Assembly (NCBI GenBank): GCA_000708835.1
Contig: DF237640.1
Location: forward strand, 1-44,661
Direction: 5' to 3'
DNA: 44,661 nucleotides
Origin: Klebsormidium nitens
Taxonomy: Eukaryota > Plantae > Klebsormidiophyceae
Position numbers and translations under genes: made by a program. Below the pieces are notes generated by a model. That model worked only from the letters and a program-made list of their open reading frames with translations, had not been told where the DNA came from and ran no database searches. Shown here piece after piece: positions 31,869-42,500 of the stretch (its first letter is position 1; each line of letters starts with the position of its first letter).

Positions 31869-34800
31869 ATGGTGCCGTATCTGATGAGCGTCACGGCACT
31901 GCTGGATGCGCAGCTGCAGCGCATGCAGGCCTCAGTGCCGGCCCTGGACTGGGCGCTGCTGGGTGCATACGCAGGCCCGCTAGGCCGGGTGGCGCAGGGC
32001 TGGGATTGGCGCCTGCTGGCCGTCACACTGTGCTGCGGGTACCTGCTGTGGGAGCAGGCCCGCTACCTGCTGCGTGCGCGCTCCCTGCCGGGCCCCGCAT
32101 GGGTCCCCCCGCTGCTGGGCAATGTGGTGGCCGTTGTGCGTGACCCGGCCGCCTTCTGGAAGAAGCAGGCTGCTTTTGGACCTCTGTCCTGGAACGCCCT
32201 TGTTGGCAAGTGAGTCCTGCCCACACCCTGAATTGTGGAGTGCCGCCACACCGGCCCTGCAGGCACCAGCAGTCGCTCCTTGCCTTGCCTGCCAGGGCCC
32301 CGTTTGCCCCGGTTGTGCAGGAAGGCCCAGATCTGCCGCCCAGGACCTCCTGCGGTCTGCGACGATTGGCAGATTGGTGAACAGTCTGAGCGAGTGTGTG
32401 GCAGCGAGAAACTGGGAGGTCGTTGACAAGGGACAAGGGGACAAGGGGGTTAGGGACACTGCCTGTGGGCTTGAGGTCCCTGGTCCTGCCGTGCGGGGTG
32501 CCTCCAGGGCTGCTGCTTTGAGCGCAGGGGCACACCGGTCTGCTGCTCTATCCACGCCAGTGGGGCAGGGGAGAAAGGAAGCCTGTTTTGACCTCCGTCG
32601 CCAAAGGTGCGCCAATGCATCGGGCCGCGCTGGTCTTGCTCTCTGGCGCCCCTTGGCCCTCTGTTTTGAAGAGCGCCTCGTGTGTGGGCGTGCGTGCAGG
32701 TACATTGTGTACGTTGCCGACGCGGAGGTGCAGCACAAGATCTTTAGCAATGTGCACGCGCAGGGCTTTGAGCTGATTGGCCACCCGTTTGGCAAGAAGA
32801 TCTTTGGCGAGAACAACATGATCATGATGCGCGGCGAGCAGCACAAGGACCTGCGCCGCCGCCTGCTCCCCCTCTTCTCCGTCAAGGCGCTGGGGGTCTA
32901 CGTCGAGATCCAGGTGCGCAGGGCAGGGCCACAGGGCCTGCGCTCGCTGGGCTGGCCACTGGCCTGGCGCCCGCCTTGCATTCTACGCCGATACAGACAC
33001 TTGCTACGCAGTACAAGGAGGCTGAAGGAGGGGGTTACGGTGCTTATCTGTTCTGATGCTCATACACCCCCCAAAGTAACAAACTGAAGTGCCGAAACAG
33101 AAAGTCACCTTTGCGAGTGCTGTCCCCCTGCCGTACCCCCCCACCTCTCCCAGTCGTGCCTTGACCGAGGGCCCTTCTGTGCCTGGCTGCAGGAGGCCAC
33201 AATCCGGGCGCACGTGTCACGCTGGCTGGCGGCGGAGAAGGCGGTGGAGATGCGGCCGCTGGTGCGCGCGCTGAACCTGGAGACGAGCCAGACCGTGTTT
33301 GTGGGGCCGTACCTCACCCCCGCCATGCGCGCCACCTTCACGCACGACTACGCCGCCTTCAACGCCGGCCTCATGGCGTTCCCACTAGACCTCCCCGGCA
33401 CCACCTTCAACAAGGGCGCGCGTGCTGTTACCAGGCAAGCACCTGGCCCTCTCGGTAACCCGCCGGGCAGTGGACTCTGCCAGAAGCTGCCCACTCGGTG
33501 TGCTCGGGGGCTGCCGCGAGCGGGGCCGTGCGCCTCAGCTTCATGTACCCTTTTCTCCCGTGGCATCACACGCCCATCCCTGCACCTGGGCCCAGCTCCG
33601 TAGCTGCTGCTGCCCCGTGTGTAGGCCCCGGCCCTACGTCGGCACGGCGCTTTCCCCCGCCACGCTGCGGCGAGGGTGACCCTGGTGTGTGGTCCTTGGC
33701 TGCAGGATTGCGCAGACGCTGGCTGTGTGCGCCGCTGCCAGCAAGGCGCGCACGGTGGAGGGGACAGAGCCGGCGTGCTTGATGGACTACTGGACAGCGT
33801 CGCTGCGCGAGGAGCTGCACGCGGCCGCAGAGCAGGGGCGGCCCACCCCCGAGCACTGCTCCGACCTGGAGATTGGGCAGCATGTCTTCGACTTCCTCTT
33901 TGCAGCGCAGGTAGGCGCCGCACAATGGGGGGCCAGGACGGACATGCCGCAAGCTGTCATAGAGATGGGGAAGGCTGAGAAGCCGCTAGCGGCAAGGCTA
34001 AACACATAGCCTGCTGCTTCTGCAATGCGCGCTTTCATGCCGCTCAGCATCGTGACGCCATGGTTGACCACCAAATCTCGAAGCTCCCAGCTCGGGACAC
34101 GCGTGCGTGGACCGTTCCATGCAAGAGGAGCCACGTCTCTCTCTGCGCAGTTCTCCGTTCTGACTGCCTGCGTGTGCCGCCTGCCTGCAGGACGCCTCGT
34201 CGTCGTCGCTGCTGTGGGTGATGGCGCTCCTGGAGGCCCACCCGGCCGTGCTGGCCCGTGTGCGTGACGAGCAGCGTGCCCTGCGCCCCGACAGGTGAGC
34301 GCCGCAGAGGGCAGCAGAGCCCGGGGACAGCCCCCTCCCCCTCCATGGCCACGGAATGGCAGCCGCCTGCACCCTGTTTCTGCTCTTCGCTCAATACCGT
34401 GCTGCTCACACCAAACCTGGCAATCCCGACAGCATGCATTCACCAAGTTTTGAGGCACCATCAAGTGGGTCGGACTGCATTCGTGAAGTCGCGGCCCCCC
34501 CTCCAACCTCGTTCCCCCCACACCCCCCAAGCCCCGCCTTCTCCTTTCCCCCCCCCCTCGTTCTCACCCCAGCTCCCCAGTACTGCTCCTGAGTTCCTTC
34601 TCCTTGCGACCAGCCCGTCACCTTCAAAGGTCCGTGCAGAACTACAAATGCTTTTGCAGAGAGCCTGTTGAACTCCCTCCTCATGCGCAATATTTCCTCC
34701 ACTCCCCCGCTAGTCTGCACCCTGACCTTCCGTTCTCCATGCCTCGCTTCTTTTACGTTACTTCGTTCCGTCTTGAATGCATGGACAGGTGTGCTTGGAC

Positions 34801-35854
34801 AGCTTGGGCCACTGCTGTCTCGAGCACCTCCTTGAGCATCCTTCCTCCACGTGGCCGCGTGTCCTGCCGGCCATTGTGACGGTCTGACAACCGAGAACTC
34901 TTTACACTTTATCAGTCCGTTGTACAGATTCCTAAAACGCTCTGTTTGACCTCATCGTTGGCATCGCTGGCGTCGTTGTTCAAATGCGCTGGCCTCCTTT
35001 CCTTCCCTACTCGCCAGGGCTGATGCGTGCGCGTGGCTTGCTCGCGCTGCAGGGACGCCCCCCTGAGCGCGGACCTGCTGGCGCGCATGCGCTACACAAA
35101 GCAGGTGGCGCTCGAGGTGCTGCGCCTGCGCCCGCCCGCGCCCATGGTCCCGCACATCGCGGCCGTCGACTACCCGCTCACGCCCGACTACACCGTGCCC
35201 AAGGGCACCATCGTCTTCCCCTCCGTCTTCGACGCCTCCTTCCAGGTCAGGCCCCCCCGCTGCGGCGCACAGCCCCGCCGCTGGTGAATCACCCAGGGGT
35301 GGCGCTGTGCTGCGCGACCAGGTCTTGTCACCGTCTTTGCGACCCTACGCCTCAGCCGGCCATCTGACGCGCCGCCCGTGGCTCGTGGCAGGGCTTCACG
35401 GAGCCGCACCGCTTCGACCCGGACCGCTTCTCGGAGGAGCGCCGCGAGGACGTCCGCTTCAAGCGCAACTGGCTGCTCTTCGGCGCGGGGCCGCACCAGT
35501 GCCTGGGCCAGCGCTACGCCATCAACCACATCATGGTCAGCACAGCGGCAGCCCCGGAGGGGCGAGGACAAAAGGGAGAGGGGATGCTCTCAGGACGAAC
35601 CCTTGCTCGCTTCTGACCGCGAAGCATGTGCAGCGCCGTTGCCCTGTCTCCGCTCATCCATGATGCGCGGCCGCACACCGCAGCTGACATTGCCGGGGTC
35701 GTTGGCGTGTGCGCAGGTGTTCATTGCGCTCATCAGCTCGCACGTGAACTGGGAGCGTGTGCGCACGCCCGGGTGCGACGAGTTTGCGTACCAGCCGACC
35801 ATCTACCCCAAGGACGGCGTGCACGTCACGCTCAGCAGCAGGCCCGCCATCTAG
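31869..35854 (+). CDS. CYP710: Cytochrome P450 CYP710, sterol C-22 desaturase, 526 aa
   Basis: Exons 31869-32209, 32700-32913, 33193-33434, 33706-33910, 34191-34294, 35053-35245, 35392-35535 and 35717-35854. Motifs [52 protein letters not shown], and heme [10 protein letters not shown]. Confidence 0.96.
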
Positions 35855-37247
35855 GGCGCACCGCTGCGCCACAGCGCGAGGCTCGCCAGGGCAAGGCCGG
35901 TCATGGGGGGCTTCCTGGGGCGCATTGCAGGGGGAACGCTAGGCTGTCAACACCGAAAGATAAGCAACTGTCAATCAAGAGGGCCCAATATTGTCGAGAT
36001 GATGTTGAAAGTGTTTCTTGCGTTAAAATAAGCAGGGGGCAGTCAATTGTGCCGCCCCCTCTTCAGGCTGATTCGCCTGAGATTTAGCTAGTGCATACGA
36101 TTTACCTAAGTTACCTAGTTTGAGTTGAGCAAATCATTGTCTACTTTAGGACTGACGCCACGTTTCTAGACAAATAAGTAGCAGCAACATTCTTTTGGAT
36201 CCATAGATCGTTCCTAGCTGGTCTGTTGGGTCCGCGACATTGTCGTCAACGAACGAGTGTGAATAACCAGTGGATAAGTTATGCATTGCACACTGAGCAT
36301 GTCAGAAAGATGGTTAACCTTTCAGATTCATCGGCCACACCATTCCCTTCAAATCAATGATTGTTGGCTGGGCAGTCCGAGGAGTCAATCATCAGGCCCG
36401 ACTCAGAACTTGCCAGTCACGAACGGAACTTGCTTGGGTTGCATGCAATATACCTCTAGCTCATTCAATTATACCGCACTCACATATCTCATTAATTTCT
36501 TACGGCGCGGCCGAGACTAGCGCGCATGGACCTGGCATCTGGTCAAAGACAACAGTGCAATTAAATTAAAGACATTCAGCACGGTTGTAAGTTCCAGAAT
36601 AAGCGGACCATCGATCTTTGTAGTGAGGATCGAACGAGGACCATGACTCACTCTAGGCGACAGTGTATATGGTATGGCTGCAATTTCTCGTTGAAGCACG
36701 CGTACACGTATACGATTGAAACTTATCTGAAATCGGTCCGCCACCTCATATCATAGTATATGATATGCATGTATACTGAACGAAAGCTAGTATATATATT
36801 GTGAGCCAACACGATGACCTCGCTATAGATCTGAATGTGTTAATCGGATCGGATCGAACGTGCCTGGCCGGCGCGAATAAGTTAGGCCAGCTATATGCGG
36901 TTAGGTACACTCGCTCGAGTTGCCCGGCATTCGCACAGCTAGCTAGCACGCATGTGGCAGTTCTGCCTTGTCTTCGGGCATGGATCAGTCATGCTACCCC
37001 TGTGAGTACGTCGCGAAGATGATTTGATTGGACTATATAGTTTAAGTTAGTTAATGTACTCCATTCTCGCATGCATGCATGCATATGTCGCAGGTCTATG
37101 CAGGTAATGGGCATGATTATTCCAACGCGGGGGCGCTACCGTCATGCATGTTTGTCTGGCCGATTGGCATACATATTCGACGCACTCTTTACCGTGCGTC
37201 ACTGTCATGTGAGCACGCAGTTAATTGATTATAAATATATAGGTATA

Positions 37248-37539
37248 CCGTAGTCCAACGTGATGATTCCGAATAAATAAATAATTATTCGCATTCGGAA
37301 AGTCAGAAATTCGGATTTCCCATTCGGAAAGTGAAATTTCGGAAAGGTAAAATGACCCTGAAATGGTCCTCGGAAGCTGGAAAACTTCCAAAAACAGCCA
37401 AAAACTCCCCTTTTAAGTGAGACCATAGGGCATTCGGATTGTTGTCGGAATAAGCGTAAATAATTTCACTTTCGCATGGTCGGATTGTTGGAAAATAATT
37501 CAAAATAAAATCGTTCGGAATCATCACGTTGGACTACGG
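37248..37539. mobile_element. MITE (Tc1/mariner-type, TA target duplication), 292 bp
   Basis: Perfect 26-bp TIR ccgtagtccaacgtgatgattccgaa, TA on both flanks, AT-rich non-coding interior with repeated TCGGA. Confidence 0.92.
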
Positions 37540-37767
37540 TATACTGGTACGCGTGACCGAAAGGTATAATCAAAGCGGTGCACCATGCAGTTTAATATGC
37601 AATTTAATGGTGTTGTCTAGGAAATAGTATATATACCGCTGAGCCTGAGCGCGACTCATACCGTAGTAGTGCATGAAGCACGCGCATACACTTGGATCCG
37701 AAGGTAACTTCTGGTTTCTCTACCAATCATGCAATGATTGAACGCCACTCAAGTTTTTAATGGGTTT

Positions 37768-37793
37768 TAGGGCTCAACCCACATTGAGCCCTA
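37768..37793. other. Perfect 10-bp hairpin overlapping an interstitial telomere motif
   Basis: tagggctcaa-cccaca-ttgagcccta; GGGTTTTAGGG at 37762-37772. Confidence 0.8.
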
Positions 37794-38358
37794 GAGCACA
37801 TACTAGACGGTCAAGGTCGTAGGTGGAGCTTTGACAATTATATTCAAATGATCACTGTGGTATCATGTGCGATGCATTGCCGCGAGAGCATGGGGCAAGT
37901 TCGCTTCTCAGGCAACCTATATTGTACATGCATATATGTAGGCAAGATGAGCTTTGCCAATTGATGAAATCTTGCGCTTACGAATACCAAGATCATGGCC
38001 GGCAATTTCAATTGAATCGAATCGACCTTAAAGCTTGACAAGCCACAGGCCAGGTCAATTGCCCATGATCAACAACCTTGACCACCCGCGAAATTCCGAA
38101 GATTTGGCCAGCGGACAGTAGAGTCGCATCGAATAGGCAGAAACTGCTCATGCACAACTGCTGAATACGAGCACAGGGCTCATGCAATAGTCGAAGTGCG
38201 GAATTTCAAAGATGTCCTTCCAGAAGAAGATAATGGCGATATAGAACAAGGTGCCAGCCACAGGTTTTAGCAAAGGGACCTTGATGTGGTAGGTAGGGAT
38301 TGCACGAAGCTGATACTCCGTAAGAGGACACATTGCTATGATAAAGCTCCGCTGGTCT

Positions 38359-41220
38359 CTAGTCGGATACTGGTGACGCCGACCGGGCCTTAGCCTGAGA
38401 GGAAGAGAAAGAGCTGGCTAGGAAGTGATCGTTAATCAATCTCTTCTAGGAGACCCCTCGCCTGTGTACAGCCTTGTTCGAGATGAAGACAATTGCAGCA
38501 ACCAGAAGTGCGCCACCCCCATGCTCGCCCGCCTCCGAGCCCCGGCAGGCCCAAAAGCTGACGAGTGCAAAGCACAGCAATACTAGAGAGGGTGCGGTCC
38601 TACCACTCATCCTACTCACCGGAGAGCGTGATGCAGATCGGCTGCGGCTGCGGCTGCGGCTTCGGCTGCGGCTCTTTCGCCGCGGCGAGCGCGATGCGGA
38701 CGGGCTGCGGCGGCCACCCCCCCGGTCCTCCTTCACCTGAAGCACGTGCAAGGCAGGGCGTGGTACACCGAGTCGAGCTCAGCTGTGTGCATGGAAGAGA
38801 CACCGGGGAAGCATGCACGAGGACGGCCAAGCAGCGAGACACATACGCATGAGGACGTCCTACGGCGAAGCGGATGCCCATCAGCGGGGCGCTAGCGAGG
38901 GAGCATGCGGTGGGCTCACCCGGATGTAGGCCGAGGAGAAGGGGTTCTTGAACTCGGTGTCGTCCAGCTTCCGCACCTGCAGCGCCGCCGCTCAATGTGT
39001 GAGACGGGCAAACCGGAAGGGCGACGCGGCTCGTATCACTCCTTTTAAGCAGACCGAGAGTAGGACACACCGGAGAATGTGGAATCCTGACCACCATGGA
39101 CCGTGCTAAGGTAAGACAACTTTCCTCTGAACAGACCGTTTAAAGGAAGCCCCAGTGGCTGGAAGCTGTGACAACGGCAGCGGGGCAGTCAAAGAAAAAA
39201 AGGCAGAGGCAACGGAACCACCCGACAAGGGGTCCGGCGATGCCTGCAAAGGTTAGCGGCTTCCAGCCCCCATCGCCAAAACGAGCAGCCCTGAGAGGGG
39301 CCTTGCAACTCAACAGTGGCCGCACGAGGTGGTTGGGCCGGTTGGTGGCCCGCTCACCGCATAGCGCATGTCGTCCAGGGAGTCGTAGTCACAGATGCCT
39401 GTGCCTGCAGCAGCAGCAACAAAAGGTGCTCCAATACTCAGCTCCAATTGCTCGACTACGGGCCTGCCTCCTTGCGTGGACAGCCAAACCAACGAGCGCC
39501 TCAGCCCCGGGTGAGGCCTTGGCAGGGCAAGCCATACCCAGGGGATGCACCGCCGAGGACGTGCATTTTGTGGCGAGGCCCGTAGGGGGCGGTGCACAGG
39601 GGGCGGAGTGGCGCTCACCATCCCGAAACACCTGGGCGAATGTGACGGTGCCGGCCTTGCGCATGTGGTCCTGCAGGCAACGACGATGGGGCCTGTCTCC
39701 CAAACAAAAGTCGACAGCGGACCTGACCGTTGCTCCATATGAGCAACGGCGACGAGGACAGCAGCGCGCCTTACTACACAAAGCATAGCTACTTTTGCCA
39801 GTTCGAGACGACGAAGGTACAAGTGAAACCACGGGGGGGCAGCTTTGTGGGTGCTGGTTACCTTGAGGTCCTGCCAGGAGGCAGAGGGGGGCAGGCCAGT
39901 CACCAGCTGCACGCAGGAAACAGGCAGCAGGGATGCACACATCAGCGAGCGAAGGAACCAAATACCGGGGCTAGACCAGGGCACCGCAGCGCCCAACGAA
40001 GCTCTCTTGCATTGCCCGAACAAGCCGTCGCGTGTGTGTGGCTTGCAGCAGGCCGCAGATGCTGGCAGGAGTGTATCCCCTCACCACCCGGAACTCCGAC
40101 CGGCGACTGGGTCCGAACCTGCAGGTAGGCGGAGGACTGAGCGGAAGCTGAGAGTTTCTACGATGGGCTCCTGCAGAGTGGTCCGATGTGCCAAGAAACT
40201 GTCAGCTATGACGCCGTAAAGACACAGAATACAAATGCACCGCTCTTTTTCGGGGCCCCATAATCCGTCATATATCGACCTGGGGTTTTTGAGTTGTAAT
40301 CATCTCTCAACCCACTGTCTAAAAGCAAGCCTCCCATACCTCTCCCGCCCCTCCCCTCGCCCCCCACGCCCGTCCCCCCGGTCTCTTGACGCTCCGCTGT
40401 GCGCCAACTCGACGCGCAAGCGCTCACCATCAAACTCATATCCATCCCGACCCCGAATAGCGTCCTCTGCATCAGCGATGGTCTCAAACTGCACGCATCC
40501 CGGTCTCCTTTTCACAATTAGGCAGAGCTGCTGATGACAATATGACAAGCGGCTCAGCATAAAAAATAAATCATGCCATCGATGCCAAGACAATCTTGTG
40601 GATCCTTATCACGAGAATGCAAAGTGATTCAACTTCCACACTGACGGTATTCATGGCGCGAAGCTTACCTCAACGAATGCGTAAGCTGGGGGCCGAGGGG
40701 GGAGTTTTAAGTCAATATCAACAATCTTCCCATACTTGTCTGCACAGTCCAGCAGCATGGTGTTACTTGCAGCAAACAGCAGCAAACAAAGTCCCAAGAA
40801 CTGCTCTCCATGGTTTTCAAAGAAGGCTGGCATCAGATTCTATGTTTGCATTTGTTGAAAGGAGTACCACCACTTGTCAAAGGCGGTAGGGAGAACATCT
40901 GATACTTACAGAAAATGTCTTCCACTTCAGACTTCCGGATATCCCCTGCAAAAGAAGTTACGAAACCAGATGTGCAAAAAAGGAATGCACGTGACCAGTG
41001 ACATCCTTGATACCGATCTAAAACACGATACTTGCTGACTTGCACGGATGAAATTGAACAGAGGTACAGTACAGCTGATGGGCTCACTTGAAATCGAACA
41101 ATGCACCCAAGTGGAGGGGTGCAGCTATTGCAGGAGCGGGAAGAAAGCATGCAATTGTTTGTTTCGGCACTTACCTGGCAGGTTGCCGACATAGATCGTT
41201 TTGGAATTTGACCGGCTCAT
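38359..41220 (-). CDS. SR splicing factor of the SF2/ASF subfamily (SR30/SR34-like), about 229 aa, 11 exons
   Basis: Exons 41175-41220, 40910-40945, 40669-40739, 40340-40488, 40085-40118, 39862-39906, 39619-39670, 39358-39404, 38920-38976, 38620-38736 and 38359-38394. RRM1 IYVGNLP...[29 protein letters not shown]2 SWQDLKDHMR, and an RS tract. Confidence 0.95.
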
Positions 41221-41747
41221 GGCAAGGTGGAGAGAGAAACTGCATGTGAAAGCAGTGAATCAAGGGCAGGTTCAGGAAAGGAAGGGGCAAGTGAATGAGC
41301 AATTGCAGGGCACAAGTCTAGACAATGGGTGCTTGCTTGTGAAATACTGCTGATCACAGTCAAGGGGAGCACCAAGGAAGAGCTCAGCACTCCGTCTGAC
41401 CCTGCAATCTCCCCAGCGGACGCTCCTTTTTGCTCCCGCAGCCCAGGGGCGCACATGCTTTGCTCCACCTGACGCCATGCATGCCTCCCCTGCCTTTCGC
41501 TCCAGTGCTCCCAGCCCAGGGCAGAGAGGCCCCCAGTAGCACCAGGCACGGGAGCCTGGCATCTCACCTAGGGAAGTCGACAGCCCCTGAGCCCTGAGCA
41601 GCCAGCCACACGCCCTCCCTTCTCGATCGGATTTCAGCAGGCTTCTGTAATGCAGGATGTAGCCTGTAGTCTGTATACAATATAGGGCCTATAAAGATTA
41701 GGGGGCGCAGAGCGGTACGGTCAAGGTTTCTTGGCTCGGACAAGGTA

Positions 41748-42030
41748 CCGTAGTGCCAAGGTATGATCCGAAATATCTGCCCCTCGGTAAGCTATGTATA
41801 TTACCACTTTTTGGTTCGGAAAGTGAATTTTAGGATTGTAAAAACAATTTCTTAAACGCTGTCGGATTTCAAAAAGGAGAACCGGGTAGTTAGGATGGTT
41901 CAAATCTGGGGCAAAATAGGGCTCGGGAGATCATCCACAGCCAATTCGGATTCAGGGTCGCATTCGTTAAATATATTGGCAAAAAAGGTCGTCATTTTGG
42001 ACCATTCGGAATCATACCTTGGCACTACGG
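41748..42030. mobile_element. MITE related to the element at 37248, 283 bp
   Basis: TIR ccgtagtgccaaggtatgat(t)ccgaa with a 1-nt indel between the ends; TA on the left flank, TT on the right; shares internal ttcggaaagtgaa with the first MITE. Confidence 0.88.
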
Positions 42031-42500
42031 TTTTTAGGTTATAACTTATAACCCTTGGTATGACTTCAGCACTTGATCAGGGTGTAAAATCATGCAAATC
42101 TTCGAAGCCAGCTACTTGGATCGAAAGATTCGAAACAAACCGCGACACCTGGGCGCCCGAGCTGCAATGAGGTCACTGGCTGCACCCGAGCTCCGCGAGC
42201 TGCTGCTGGTGTGACGAAAAGGCGCGTGAGTTGCCCGTGCCAACCTACTTGAAGAATGCAGATAGCCAGCCACTGGCCAGTGCAAGATAAGACAGTCTCT
42301 CAGACGAAGAAGAGACGAACTAACGTATTTGACAGACAGCGCTGCCATTGCCAAGTCTGATCGCTTGCAACCGTTTGTGCTCTCATTTGGGTGTCCCCTG
42401 TAGGCCTCCAGGCAGGGTCCAGGATCTGTCCAGTATGCTTGTGACCAGCTTTATATAGCGGAACTCATTGATGCTTGCAGTTTCAAAGATTTACTCTGCA

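Noticed and set aside
38637-38680. (GCGGCT)n microsatellite
   Set aside because: It encodes the RS dipeptide tract of the SR protein.
37248-42030. Composite transposon carrying the SR gene between two MITEs
   Set aside because: Each MITE has its own paired TIRs of different sequence, and the SR gene is an ordinary intron-containing gene; independent insertions are simpler.
42038-42054. ggttataa-c-ttataacc inverted repeat as a homing-endonuclease or recombinase site
   Set aside because: It does not match a recognition sequence I can confirm and is low-complexity AT sequence next to a MITE end.
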